A stretch of DNA of 64,000 nt. Source: Psilocybe cubensis (taxonomy: Eukaryota). The translations under genes and the position numbers were made by a program. Where the stretch lies: NCBI GenBank assembly GCA_017499595.2, contig CM038999.1:3162001-3226000 (forward strand), read 5' to 3'. The notes beneath the pieces were generated by a model. It was not told where the DNA came from, made no database searches, and saw only the letters and a list, made by a program, of their open reading frames with translations. How positions within the stretch are numbered: position 1 is the stretch's first letter; the number at the start of each line of letters is the position of its first letter. Below, piece after piece: positions 25,913 through 40,238 of the stretch.

Positions 25913-26586
25913 ATGAATCTCTCACTATACAGCGTCCAAGCGTTCATTGTCCTCGACACCGAGGGCAACCGCGTGCTCGCGAAATACTACCGCCCCAAAA
26001 GCCATCCACAGGGCGAGTCCAAGAACCTGCTCACGCTGAAAGAGCAAAAGGCATTTGAGAAGGGGCTATGGCAGAAAACAAAGAAAGCCGGAGGTACACC
26101 GCTGCCCCCAGCTTATAGCCAATAACTAACAGACAGCTCACAGGCGACATCATCCTGTACGACTCGCATCTGATCGTGTACAAACACTCGCTCGACCTCA
26201 TCCTCTACTTCATCGCCGGCCCGACTGAGAACGAGCTCATGCTCTACTCCGCCCTCAGCTCTCTCACAGACGCACTCAGCATTCTCCTCCGCAACGCCCT
26301 CGAGAAGCGCGCCGTCCTCGAGAACCTCGATCTCGTCCTCCTCTGTCTCGACGAGACCATCGACGACGGGTCCGTCTCTCCTCTCCTCCCCTTCCATTCT
26401 TCCTCTACTCGTACTGACTTCTACGCATATTACAGAATCATCGTCGACACTGACTCGGCAGCTATCGCCTCGCGCGTGAGCCGCCCGCGCGCAGACACCA
26501 CCGAGATTGTCATCAACGAGCAGACACTCATGAGCGCATACCTCACCGTCAAAGAGAAGATGCAGCAGAGAATAGGTCAGCTATAG
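25913..26586 (+). CDS. RET3: coatomer subunit zeta (COPI)
   Basis: [26 protein letters not shown]...[10 protein letters not shown]...ENELML...[18 protein letters not shown]; 3 coding exons. Confidence 0.9.
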
Positions 26587-28085
26587 AATCTACGTCCCTG
26601 GCTTTGCTCTGCAACTGCAAAATCACCGCTCGGTCGGGTTGCATTCAAGCCATACCCCGACCCGCGTCCACCCCCCTCCGCTCCCTAGACCATCCCCCCA
26701 CCGTCGGCCTCTCCATATCCACTCGCACCCATCCACACCACCCAAACATGATATATCCACCCCACCACCCCTCGTTGATGTATCAACGAATATACAATCA
26801 CGCTGTATAATCAATCATTCCCACTACCCCCTCAAGGTCCCATATCTTTTGATTTCTCTTTTTTTTCTGTCTGTCTGTGCCAAAAATTTCATCCACATCA
26901 TACCCTATATGCGTTTCTCGTGAAACCTGGTACATCCAAACTATGAAGGTCTGACCCCTTGATTTTTGACTCTTACCTCTTACCTCCGCCTCTGCCTCAG
27001 ACTCAAAAATTCCGGATCCTCTATTTTCGACTGTGGAATGTAACGCATCCGCATCAGAGGGCGATCCCTATCCTACCTGATTCACGCTCGTGCCAGTCAG
27101 TCTTTAAAAAGAACAGCTGGAAGAATGGAAATGGAAGACTCACACACACGCATACCCCAGCGCCTCAAGATAGCAGCTGGCTATGGGTGGTGCATAACTG
27201 ATTGACTGATTGCATCTCGAGAACTATGAGTCTTTATAATTAATTACACAGATACCGTTCGAAGTTCGAAAGAAAGATTACCCATCAACTACTGGTATTA
27301 GACCAGTAGAACTGCAGCGGGGGTTATGATAACTATATCTATAGCCGTATCAAGTTCCATCTAAGAAACCATACATAGGGATACTATGATCGTGTCCAGT
27401 GTCCAGTGACATCCAACTTCGAAGTTCGAAGTTCATCCTTGTAAAAAAATATTTCAGTATGCAGTATGCAGTGCAATGTCAGCTTTTAATATCAATATCA
27501 ATATCAATGTTCACTGTAACAATCCATCCATCCATCCATTCGTCCATAGATCCGTGATCCATAATTCGATAGGTTCCATAGTTCTATCATCTTTAGTAGT
27601 AGTTCCATGTACGATTATCCAGGGGGGACATAATAGTTAACACATATCACAGTATTTTTTACTTCATCTCCGCGTCCATCTTATCATGTATCATACCGTT
27701 CCGCACCGTACTTCCATTCCACTTTACCCGTTCTTTGGGTTTGGCGCCTAAAGCTAATCTAGGAAAAGCACAATTATAATTCACGACTTACAACCAGAAA
27801 AATTTTTGAGCACTGTCCAGTGTCAATGTGACCAGACACCATTACTTTCTTACTAGTTAGTAGTGCATAGTGCAATTTACAACCCAATCCTTCAAGCTTC
27901 AATCTCACCCGACCTAATACTAACACAGCACACAGCACACTCACTGCCCATCCCCCAAATTCCACTCCACTCCAGAGCACAGCACAGCACATCACAAAAA
28001 ACGAAAACGAAAAAGAAAAAACCCGAAATTTTATTTGTACATAGCTACTTTAACTTCAGACAGACCATAATATAAATATTCCTAC

Positions 28086-28125
28086 AATGAATGAATGAAT
28101 GAATGAATGAAACAATGGATGAATG
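28086..28125. repeat. (AATG)n microsatellite within a low-complexity intergenic tract
   Basis: aatgaatgaatgaatgaatgaatg followed by degenerate copies. Confidence 0.8.
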
Positions 28126-29747
28126 GGATGATGGAGATATAATGTATTGTATTGTATCGTATTGCATTGCGAAATGTTGAAATGATAGAAGAGAAGAGAG
28201 AAAAAGTGAAAAAGATGGAAGGAAGGAAGTATATGCACAAGCGCCAAGGCCAATATCACTGCCAATGACTATGACAATGCCGATTCTTTTTGTTTCGTTT
28301 AGGTTAGGTTGGAAGAAGAGTCTCGCGCACGGAGACGGAGGGATGAAAGCGAAGTCAAATGAATGAAAGTGAAAATGAAATGAAATGAGCGATGTAAAAA
28401 GAGCGATAGATTGAGTGGGAGGGAAGAGATATAAAAAATACAACCACAACAGGCGGTCAAACAAAAGAAAGTGAAAGAGACAGAGCCATAGACACAGAGA
28501 AAGAAAAAGAAAGAAAAAAGAACGCATATACGCATACCCTCCAAACCACCCCAACACTCGACCCTCGTCATTCTTCTCGAGTTGAGTCGAGTTAGAATAT
28601 CGACGAGAAGGGGTCGACATAGCAGCCACCTCATCCCAGCTCAGAACTAGCCGCGACACACACACAATCCAACATCGGACGTCAGACGTCGAACACAAAC
28701 GGTCATGATACCCATAAAGAAGGATTCAAATCCATTTCCCAACCCTAAAACCCTACTTCGAGTCTCGAGTCTTCGCCAGCTCAATCTGCAATCCGCAAGC
28801 CGGGGGCGCCACAAGCCAATCTGCCGATAGCAATTCTGGTAGTTCTGGTAGTTCAGGTACTCTGAGTCGTAGCGGTGGTAGTGCTGACTGATCGTACTAC
28901 TAGTAGTAGTGGTGCTGGTAGTGCTAGTTGCGGTAGTGGGTAGTGGGTAGTGGGTAGTAGTAGCAGTGGTGGTAGCGGTGGTGCTAATGCCAAAAAGGAC
29001 CCAAAGCGGTAAAACCGACGATAGATAGGTATCCAAGATTCCCCATGAAGCGGCAAATGAAGAATGAAGAATGAAGCTATGAAGTGTCATCCGTAGTAAC
29101 GACACTTCCACTTCCACTTCCAGTCGGATGATACCCAGTGAGTACCGTCGTCGGAAGTCGTTCCGTGGGTCGCGAATGGTAGGTAGGTAGGGAGCTACGG
29201 CGCCGAAAGCGCAATGAACATATGTCGAATAGTAGAATAGTGGGATAGCGGATTTGAATATGCACAAGCATAAGCATAACGAGCACCCCCCAGATCTAGA
29301 GGAATTCGGAATTATGCGATATGAATATGATTTATCAAAGTGCTGGATTGGGAGTTGATGAAAATGTGCGGGAGCAGGGTAAAAAAACCTAAATGTAAAA
29401 TGTTAAATGTAAAACGTCAAAGGGCAACGGCGAGAGCAACGGTCAAAGGCTGGGTATTGGTCTTGTGCTTGAGCTTGTGCGTGTGCAGGGCATGATGTGA
29501 TAGAATACGATGCGATCGATGGGGATGGGGGACGGGGATGAGGATGAGGGGTGATAATACATATGATACAGATGAATGTGTGTGAGTTGGGAGATGAATG
29601 GATTCGAAAAAGTCGGGAAGATGGGATACGCAGAGGGCTTGGATGACGGGCAAACCGCTGCGCTTGTTGCTGATGCAGGATGGTCGGATGGGCTGGGCTG
29701 GGCTAGTGCGTAGTCCGCACGTTCATTCACCTCGACGCAAAGACATG

Positions 29748-30019
29748 CTATAGAATAGCGCTGAACCACGGGCTATATTAGACAATCTTAATCAGCACTT
29801 TTCACCACAACTCAACCGTATCACTCACTTGGTCTGTAACGCACGCACGTCGAGGTATCCCATGAACTGGCAGACCGCAACCGTCGAAAGCACGGACGTC
29901 CAGAAGACGGCGACGACGGCGGCGAGGCGGGTCTTGCCCGAGCGGTTGTAGGCGTCTGTCGCCCAGACCTCCGAGTCTGAGAGTTCGGGGTGGATGTAGA
30001 GCTTTTGTGCTGCGCGCAT
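29748..30019 (-). CDS. small (about 71 aa) single-pass membrane protein, 2 exons
   Basis: GC-rich coding-like ORF MRAAQKLYIHPELSD...LAAVVAVFWTSVLSTVAVCQF. Intron 29829-29773 (GTGAGT...CTGAT...TAG) leads to NPWFSAIL*. Confidence 0.55.
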
Positions 30020-33000
30020 GTTTTAGTTGGTTTGGTTTGAGGTTGTGGGGTGTGGGGGTTTAGCTCAATGTAATGTGGGGTCCAGGCACAAGTTTGTTCT
30101 GAGTCTGTGCGGCAAGGTCAAAGCGTGGCCTTGATATATGAACAAGGTTAAGCTTGTATTCGGATGGGTGGTTAGATGGAAGGAAAGAGCAAGCCAGGTG
30201 GTTTAAATGGCGGTGGGGAGCGGCTGAAACGCGCAGAGACGTGGATCACGAGCGTGATGAAACCGTCTTGGGACAATCACAATCACAATCACAATCAACA
30301 GAAGACTGCAGGATCCTCGCTAGAAAATGCGGTCGTCGTCTGTCGGTTTTTTCCAGAACTTGAACACAAGGCGTGCAGATCCTCAAAAGTCGAGCTCTCT
30401 CGTCGAAGCTCGCGTAGACCTCGGTGGGTGCTGGCAGACGCGTGGTATACTTTAATATAGAGATTCGGCAAGGATGGATGGATTGTAAAATGAGAAAGCC
30501 CTGGTTTTATATACGCCCGAATCCGAATAGTAATAGCGTCAAAGGAGAGACCAGCTGACTGAGCCGGAATAATAGCCAGCGGCCATTTTAGTCCTCTCCT
30601 CCGACCCGACTCGTTACTCCGCCCTCTCGGTCCTCCATCCAACTCTTACACCGACCCATTTTGACAATCCACATCACACCTCTGGCATCTACCTACAGCT
30701 CTCTTTCTCTCTATCTAAGCGAACTAGCGAATATCCGACGCTTGTCAACAACTGGGATCGACGTCTGGCTAGCTAGCAAGCCGCGGCACAGGGCATCTAG
30801 TGATAGTCGATCAAAGCGCGCTTGTCCATGACTCGGCCACCCAAGTCCTCTCCTAGCCTTCCACCCCCCAGCCTGACGACCAGAGCGGAAACACGATCGA
30901 CCTCGGGTGTGCTTCTGCCCCTTTGGACGCGCCATACTGCACTCGGGGTCGCAGGATGTGACGATCGCACCACCGTAACATGCCCGAAGCAGCCTGGCTC
31001 TGTTCAAACAAAACATAAATATGTATCCAATTTTTTCACAGTACATTCGAGACCGTCTAGATCGCAAAGATCGTTATGTACTGGCACTGACATCTACGAT
31101 GTATCCGCGTCCTATCTCTTTCCACGATCAACGAGGAATCCATCTGTATATATGCGCATTATCAGAAAAAACTGGCACGCGAATATCTTCCACTGCTCGG
31201 GTCTCTTCACCGCCGGAGACAACCAACCCCTACAATCTCCACCACATACCTAATAAAAAAATAAGTGTTTACCACTATGACAAAACTTATTTGCCCAAAC
31301 CGATTCATCCTTTGTCATCGTCCTTGAACTTAATACTATAACGATTAACTCGCTATACTATCCCATTTTCCAGCCTAAATTCCTCACACAAAGATAACAG
31401 ACATTAAAAAACACAAAAAGGCACTAAACCGTATTCCGTCATAGAGTCACAGACGAGTGAGTGCCGCGCGCCAGACATATGACAGACATAGCCGGCACGC
31501 TACACAAACCCCACAAACAGACAGCAAGAATGACGGAAGAAAAAGTCCAACGAACTCTACCCACAACGATGAAACGACAAACTTGAAGCACTTGCACACT
31601 CCTTGAAAATAATTTACATGTGAAAAATGACAAAAAAAGACACATCAGTGTGTGTGTGCTTGAACCCTTTTCCACCCATCCCACATGTATATGAACGCTG
31701 TTACGCTACCGAACTTCCACTTCCACTTCTCCTTACTCACTAGCTAGCTTTTAATTTTATTAAATAACCATTAGACGACGTCGAACCCTGAGATCTGAGA
31801 AGTCAGAACCCAACCAAAAACCCTAGCCCAAGGCGTCCAACTCAACTACCAATTGCCAATTGCCAGTTGTCAATTGTCAGTTGACGATAGTCTCGTACGT
31901 ATGTATAGCTATTACAACTCATCATATAATATAAAAATACCTCACCGTTACAATAATTCACACTGCATCAAACCGTTTATCACACCGACATAGCCATAAT
32001 ACGTGTGTAGCATCTACCATCCGAATCCGATATCCGCCTTCACCTTGCAAAGTTTAGCGTCGCGTACCTACTACGAAATTCGAAAGTGACCCAAGGACTC
32101 CGGAGATTAAACAAAGACACAAGAAATACGCACATACACCTCTTGACATAAGAAACATAAGCAGGGTCATACCATGATCTAGGAGCAGTACGTTGGGAGT
32201 ACGTCACCGCGGGGAGATAAAGGAGAAAACGAACGGCAGATGATATAGAGATGGGTAAGGTATGTTATGTACAAGAAGCATCACATCATAATCATATCAC
32301 AAATGACAAAAATCAGATCAAAAAAAAGGCATACTAGTAGGAAACGCCCACCCTGCAACTCCAACTCCAACTCCAAGAACAACAACTACTACCAACTACT
32401 ATGACTAATTTACACAACACAACGCAACACAAACGCAAATGCAACGGAACTGACTAAAGTCTAAGAAGCAAGTAACAAGAATGCAAGAATCCAACAGACA
32501 CCATCAACAAGACAATTGAAGCCACCACAAAAACAACAAGCGCACGAACAAGCGCACGAATAACCACACAAGCGCAAGCACGAGCACGAGCACAAGCGCA
32601 GCTCGATGACGACACAAATGTCCCTTTGCCTTTCTCCGCATGCGTTTCATTACAATTATTTGTCTTCACAGCTTCACGGATATGATTGCAGATTGTAAAT
32701 GATGATCCGGAAAAAAAAAGGGGAGAGGGGGGGACACGACACGACACGAGCCGGCTCGAGTACGAGTACGTATGAATCCTCTTCCGTCTTGATTACCATC
32801 GCCGTTGCGATAGAAGCTGACATAGTGCGGAATTTGGAGGGTGTAAAAGGAGGCAGGGATGCGGGAGGTAGGTAGGGGTGGGAGGCGGGAGGAAGAAAGT
32901 GAGGCAGGGAGGGAGGCAGGGAGGTGTAGGTAGTACAACATACAAAAAAACGGGTAGCGTAAAAAAGGAAGGAAGGAGTAAAATTCAAATTGTGAATGAG

Positions 33001-33349
33001 ATGGATATCACGTAATCTTCGAAGAAGAAGAAGAAGAAGAAGAAAGAAAGAAAGAAAAAAAAAAGGCGGAGAAAATCAATAAAATAAAATCCCAACTCCA
33101 GATAAAGCATCCAGGTAACATAGTGGAGAGATATCGTATCATGGCATATCATCAAAGCAAAGAAGCAAGCAAACAGGGAACGAAAAAAAAAGAAAAGAAA
33201 ATCGAGTAAAATATCCACAGCCGAAATCAGGTAAAAAAACAGGTCGAGGCAAATGTGATCAGAGAAGACAATCGAGCACTGGCAAAACGATGTTGTGATG
33301 TTGTTATCGTTGTAGTGCAGGTTTGCCCCGCCGGTAAAAAAAAACCACC

Positions 33350-36300
33350 TCAGAACAAGCAGACGAAATTGCTCGGGAACACATTCCTTCCCTTCTGCCT
33401 ACGCGCCTCATCAAGCAGCTCACCACTCCACCACCCATCCTCCGGCGTAGCCGTAACAGCAATAATATCTCCCGCCTGGAAGTCAAACTCCTCATCAATC
33501 GTCGCTGTGTAATCATACAACGCTTTCACTAAAGAAAAAAGGTTCAAGGGTAAGCAAAATATAATGATATTGAAAACACAGAATGGACACGCACCATAGA
33601 AGAGAACGTTGCTCCCGTCATCCGTAATCTGTGGAGGTGGTTGCGGGGACGGCGATCGTCCAACAGGACTAGGATCACGCGCATATGCAAGCTGGCTAGG
33701 CTGTTGCTGCTGTTGCTGATACCCTCTCAGTTGTTGGGGCTGCTGCTGTTGCTGTTGCACAACACGTCCTTGCTGCTGGACTTGCTGGACCGGTTGTTGC
33801 TGAGGCGGCGTCTGATTGCCATAATACCCCCTCTGCACACCATTCATACCCATATTGCCATACACCGCCTGTTGTTGTGGCTGTTGCTGCTGTGGTGCAC
33901 CATACCTCTGCTGCTGCTGTTGCTGAGGTGGAACCTGGTATTGCTGAGCCGGCGGCTGGTTATACACCGGCGGCACACTCTGTTGCTGCTGCTGCTGGAC
34001 ATAACTAGGCTGCGGCGAGGGCGTCTGGTACGCGGCTTGCGGCGGTGGTGGAGGGGTCATCCCTGCATACCCCTGAACGGGTGCGGCGAGCGGGTTGACA
34101 TAGCTATTCCTACGCTGCACTGGCTGTTGCTGAATGGGCGATGGCTGCTGTTGCACCGGCGGCGGGGGCGGCTGGTACGTTGGCTGCACTGTCTGAGGTG
34201 GAATCACTTGCCTAGGTATCTGATGCTGCTGCTGCTGCTGCTGCAGTTGTTGTTGCTGCTGATACCTCTGTGCCATCTCATCGTGTAGCACCCGCCCGCT
34301 TGGATCGAGAGCGATACCAACAGTATTCGGACTCGGCGCGCGCGCAACGCCCGGTCCGGCCTGTGTTGGAGAAGCAAGGCTGTTCCTTCCTGTTATGCCA
34401 ACGCTGTTATTAGGTGCAGGACTCGGGCCTCTAGAAATAGGTTGTGGACTGTTGCTCCTCGAACCACCATGGGCACCAATACCCGCGTGCCCCAGCTGAC
34501 TGGGTGGCCTAGCAAGGTTTTGCCCAGCATTGGCAGGAGCCGCAATTGACCCCTGGCTCATAGTATGCGCATGTTCCCTATTAACACTGTTGCTGCGACT
34601 AATCGACTTTCTCTCGCCAGGTAATGATTGTTGATAATCAGCCAACACTTCCTGCACAATCTCTGCTCCAACAGGTGTACCAGATTTGGGAAGCATAAAG
34701 GCTGCAGTGGGAGCTGCAGGCGAAACTGGCCTCGACGCGGACGGATGGGCGCCAACGACAATTTCAGCCGAGTTTCTATAGTCGCGAGCAGGCGAAGGCG
34801 AGCGATTTTGGGACCCGGATCCTCCTGCATGCGCAGAGCTCCCTCCAGGCAACGACAACGATGAGGACGCTGGTCCTACACTACGTGACGAAATCGAAGG
34901 CGTAGATGCATGCCCCGGTTTCGGCTCCGCGCCAGTAGAACCCGTCTTTGGCTTGTGTAGGGTGTTTCGCCTGACACTTCCAGATGTTGAGACAGCGTTC
35001 TTCAGTTCTTCTAGCTGCTTCATCAATGGGTCGACACCGCCATTCTGCTTCGAAGGAGATGCGGTTGTATTCTGACGTGATGCCGATGAGCCCGAAGCTT
35101 GCTGTTGAGGATCATTATTGAGATCGACTTTGTACGCCTGGTTGCCAACCTTGATGTACGTCTCCGCTGTGGGGTCAATAGTCTCGGCGTGTGGATCCTG
35201 GAGCACTCTTTGCAATTGCTGCTGCTGTGTAAATGGTGGCGATACAGTAGACTGCCTACGAACAGCTTGTTGAGAGGAAGCAGCTGCTGAGTTCGACCCA
35301 ACACTCGATGTTGCATGATGAGAAGAGTTTCCATTGATATGCGGTTGTTGAGACTGAGAACTAGATCCAGCACCATTACGAGTAGGTTGACGAGAGACTT
35401 CAGAGTCTGATATATAAGAATCTGCTCTTCGGGTGCCTCCCCCTCCGGCACCGATGCCAGCTGTATTGATAGATGGCTCGTCATCCGGAGGCATAGAGCT
35501 TGATCGTAAAGGAAGTTCACGTGTGGTCGCACGAGCAAAGTTGGCAATCCGGCTAGTAGGACGAGCTGATGACGATGGAATCGCATCCGGAGCCTGATAG
35601 TTGACGAAAGCGGGAGGGTCAGGAATTTGGTTGCCTGTACCATAGTCCCGAACGAAGTTTTCCATGTCCTTGTCGGGTTCAACCTGCTCAAGGGCCACTC
35701 GTATATGTTCACAAGACTTGGGGAAACGAGTTTGAGTTTGTAATTAGTCAGGACCATTGCAACTCACCTCGTCATCAGCAACACAGACAGTAGAAACAGC
35801 GTTTGCATAACCCCAAATGTTGTCCTTCATAAATTCCATTCGTTGCTCCTCGAGATCTTGACAACTGTCGCAAAAGCTTTTCCAATCCTGTTCCCATTTC
35901 TGAACGGTATCCTGTAGGGCTTTGGAGAAACTTGCAAATTCCCGTTCGTTAGTTTGAACCGTCTGTTGTGTCCTTTCCAGCTTGAGTTGGATCTTTTCGA
36001 GATCTTTTCCTTGGACCAACGATGCCTGCGCAGTAAAAGAATTGATCCTGAGACAATCTTGTTCATACTTTTCGCGTGCTTTGTTGACGTATGACTCTTG
36101 TGTCTGCTTCGTCTTGAATTCCTTCTCAATGGTCGTTTGATAGGTTTTCTTGTGATGTAGTTGGCGAGCATGAAAAGCTGCAGCGGGCCCCTCAAGTTCT
36201 GTTCGGATTTGTTGAGATAGATTGAGGTGATATCCGGCTTGACGATCCGTTTCGAGACGGACAGTGTCCAGTGAATTGCGGAGCTCCCTGCAGTTTGATC

Positions 36301-36839
36301 AAAGGACAATTCAGTATTACGATTCAAGATATACATATAAATACGGATATGATAAGCTATCCATATTAGATATCCATGAAATGAATATTGACCGAGGGTG
36401 CAGGGAAACACACCGCAGCCACGCGTAGTAGAATAAACACATATGTCGAAGCACAATGTGTGGGGTAACACACGTCGCCTGGCGGTTGTAGATAGGAGAA
36501 AAATTCACTGACCCAATTTCATCGCGTCCAAGGGTCATTTTAGCGAGTTTTGCTAATCGTTTTGCGTATTCGTCTTCGATGGCGGCTCTAGAAGCGGCGA
36601 TGGGTGAGCAGTCGGCGATGAGGTGGGACTGGACGAACTGACCTCTCCTTCCAGAACACTTTAAGCTCCTCCATAGTCCTAGTAGCACCCCTCATTCTCG
36701 CGAACAAGACATCGACGCCCCCATCGCCGATACCCCAGAATGAATTGCAGAAATCAAGCGATCGGTTTTGCGAGATGGGAGAGTTAGTACGCGCGAATTT
36801 TGATAGGGACGTCGTCGAAGGTTGCCTCCTTGCCGACAT
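33350..36839 (-). CDS. F-BAR (PCH) and SH3 cytokinesis protein, Cdc15/Imp2/Hof1 family
   Basis: N-terminal DFCNSFWG...ELKVFWKERAAIEDEYAKRL (FCH motif) and coiled coil, long Q/P/S-rich linker, C-terminal SH3 (KALYDY...FQAGDII...DGWW.G...FPSNFV). Confidence 0.9.
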
Positions 36840-38424
36840 AATGGTGAAGGAGGGCGAAAACAGTACAGAAATGAGAAAAGTAAAAGATATAGAAAGAGAC
36901 GACGAGAGAGATTGAACAAGGGTTCAAGTTGGGCGTTATGTTCTCGAGCGCCAGTTACCCTGCCTGCACGTGCCGATGTTACAACACAGCTTCCGGTTCA
37001 ACCGCTCAAGCTCCAGTGTCATTCGAATCACTACTTTTTTACCGCCATCTTGCCAGTAATCGACTCCTCTTGTCATTACTTTTGATTTTCGACTTTGGTA
37101 AGATGACTTCTCTCTCTCCTCCAAGCACAAGTACTAATGAACCGCATTTGTTTTACACATCTGTTCAGTGTTTAATTCACTGTCAGCAGAGTCTCGGCGC
37201 TCGAGCTCAGTATAGTCTTTCGTCAGGTTGATCATGATCATCAATACCAATGTTGGTGTCACAACAAACCAACAAACCTGCCTGCCAATGTAAATCCAAC
37301 CTTTTCTTGTATCTGCCCATCCCATGCCCTCACTAGCTGGAAGCTTCCAGCATCGCTTTTGAGCATCGTTCGGTGTTCAAGGTCTATTCCTAGTGTGGGC
37401 GGACTTTTGATGGATTCACAAATACACAATTCTCTGTGTTTCTTACCACTTGAACATGGCGTCAATGTCATTCCGCTGTCTCCGGGGCGGAACTGCCTGC
37501 ATCCGGACGTGCCGACTATCACCAGGTTTAAAAGGCAGCAATCCGAAGTTGAATGCGGCGAAGAACTCAGTTAGCAGTCCTATGAAGCCATATTGTATAC
37601 CGTCTTGGTGATCTCTCTTGTGCATGATTACTCCGAGTACACGTTCAAAGCGGCCTTGTATGCGCACCTGTGGCAAAATGAACCTCGATTTATGAAGTCA
37701 ACATTTTGATATCTTGAAACTATGCCAAGTCAGCGTCTTCACCCACTGACAAGCGATCCGACAACCTCCTTATCTGAACACCTTCATACCGAGATGCCCA
37801 CTTCACTGAAATATCGTTTTCTCTACAATCGCAAAGAAGTTAGGATCTCCAGACCATCGGATTCTTCCAAATTTCGGTAATTAAATAAATCATTATCCTA
37901 CTGTACAGGGAAGTGACTACACAACTGGTTCGTGTTTATCAGTGACGCTTCAATTGAGATTAAATATATTACAATTGCAGATTATCATAGCCGCGCTTTG
38001 AGAAACAATTAAAAAGGGCAAGAAAATCGACAGCAAACACAATATTGCACCGGGCAAATTTATACGTGGGCAGACATCGGAGACCTTCAAGGTAGTGTGG
38101 CTGATGATATGTTGGCCAACAGCTTCTCATGCGGGTGGAAATATCCTGATGTTTTCTTTCTCGCGATCAAGCATATCATCTTTGACGGGCGTCTCATGAA
38201 AGTACTGATGAGAATTGGAGTGCTGGCACTGATGCTGGCAATGAGTTCTAAAAAGGCGTCAGCAATCAGATCGGCACACCGATTTCTCTGAGACAATGTA
38301 CTTACAACCCTGCTCTTTGCATATGCTCCGCCAAAAACTGGACTATCTCCATGATATCTTCCTCGCTAAATGGAAATTAACCCAAGTTAGCCACATGCAC
38401 CAGCAAATATACCGTAAATGGCAT

Positions 38425-38967
38425 TTAAACATACTCGATTAAGTCATCCATTTCACCGGATTCCAGATCATCATCTGCAGCTCGAAGCCCATAACTACTC
38501 TGCCAGAGTGTGCCTGCCTTCCTCCATTTGATAATTGTCCAGCACAAGAGTTGAATATTAAGGATAGACTCCACTCCTGACAGTATACCCAGGACAATAT
38601 CTTTATCTTCCTCTGCGATTCCTTTGACGACCGCTCCGAATTTGAGAGTGAACACCGTCAACCAAAACATAGTGAATCCGAGGGTCCAGCCCACATGCGC
38701 GCCTTCGAGCGGGTCCATGTAAAATGTGCTTCTACCGTTGGTGCTCGCATGAGATCTTGAATTAACGAGACTCGATACTAGCAAGGTTGAATGGTAGCAG
38801 GCGGTGAAGAACATCAATGCGACAAATATTGGAAGCGACCGGGCTTCCGGAATTGTAAGACCAAGCGAAATGGCCGAGATAATTATGGACAACCAAAGAA
38901 AGAACGGCGGGAAGTTCTGTTTTTGAGCCATTTGTTGATCTCGTTCAGAATTTGAGGAAACCATCAT
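38425..38967 (-). CDS. uncharacterised membrane protein with about 4 TM segments
   Basis: Intronless 180-aa ORF with four hydrophobic stretches and an acidic tail. Confidence 0.55.
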   Translation of the reverse strand: MMVSSNSERDQQMAQKQNFPPFFLWLSIIISAISLGLTIPEARSLPIFVALMFFTACYHSTLLVSSLVNSRSHASTNGRSTFYMDPLEGAHVGWTLGFTMFWLTVFTLKFGAVVKGIAEEDKDIVLGILSGVESILNIQLLCWTIIKWRKAGTLWQSSYGLRAADDDLESGEMDDLIEYV

Positions 38968-39631
38968 CGAGTCTGTGAATCAATCCCCGTTCCCTGCTCT
39001 ATCTTATACTACCAACGCTCTTGCCTACTTTGGTTTATTGCGCCAATTTCGGTGGAAGTCGCTCTTACAATGGATGGGAATATGCATGGCACAATGAGCG
39101 CCTGATACGACTATGAATGATGCCCTGGAAACTATTCCGAAGGCGTGAGTCCCGAGTCACCAACAATGGCAAACCAGATATCGGTGTATTAAGATACTAA
39201 ACCGAGCTCAAGTACACCAATAGTACACCAATACTTGTATGTGTTGATGCTATGACTTCTTTGGCTTAGCAGAGCATACAGGTTACGTTATTACTACTAC
39301 ACCTATACTAATCATATTCATATTGTCAATGAAAGTTAATATCATTATATTGCCCAACAATCATAACCTCTATCTATCAAAATGTCACGAAAATCCGACT
39401 ATTTTCGGACTACCAATCTCTCTGAAGCATTATGGAAAATATCACGTATTCACGGGCGCTTAACGACGTTGGATGATAGAAAAGTTCATCATCATTTCCA
39501 GGACGACTAGTGGATATCCAGAGTTTTACATATCTACATATAAAGCTTATACCGACGAGGCTTTGAAGCAATGTTGCCAATTTTATGCATGTATAAACAA
39601 ACACTTCAAGCTAACTGGTTATGAAAGGTAA

Positions 39632-40238
39632 CACGATGGGCACCTAACTGTCATGTGGCTATCTAACATGTTAGCTAGGTTGTTGCCATAATATTGTACT
39701 ATGTTAATTGTCATGTAATTGTTATGTTAACTGCAAGTTAACTGTCATGTTTTTTGGGTCACACTCTACCTTGTCACTCAAGACCCAGTAAGTCTCTGTG
39801 AACCGTGAATAGTCTTCAAGTCCCAAAGCTAGCAATCAAAAATGGAGTCTGGCAGTTACATAACCGGTCGACTTGGGGGCAATATGTGATTAAACCCTTT
39901 GTATTTTATTGTCAATAAATCTTGCAATTTAATTGCAATTTGATCAATCAAATCAATTCAGACAAATTACTGTTTTCTTAAGCCAATGCCCCTAGTGTTT
40001 AATATTGGCCAGGTGGTGTAGTGTTAATGTATACACTCTACATGTCCTTTCAATTTTCCCCCAAGTCAACCGGATATGCATCTGCTGGACCCCATGGTCT
40101 TGAGTGACAAGGCAGAGTGTGACTCAAAAAACATGACAGTTAACATAACAATTACATGACAATTAACATAGTACAATATTATGGCAACAACCTAGCTAAC
40201 ATGTTAGATAGCCACATGACAGTTAGGTGCCCATCGTG
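39632..40238. mobile_element. 607-bp non-autonomous foldback DNA transposon (MITE)
   Basis: Inverted repeats of about 143 bp (39632-39785 and 40096-40238) starting CACGATGGGCACC. TAA at 39629-39631 and at 40239-40241. No coding capacity. Confidence 0.92.

Noticed and set aside
28045-29267. 217-aa and 206-aa minus-strand ORFs
   Set aside because: Low-complexity translations of simple repeats. No pheromone-like CaaX peptide could be supported.
33641-34288. Leu-rich plus-strand ORF (also 47354-47731)
   Set aside because: Reverse complement of CAG/CAA polyglutamine tracts.
37259-38350. Possible degraded minus-strand gene
   Set aside because: The fragments look protein-like but no consistent exon chain or family could be established.
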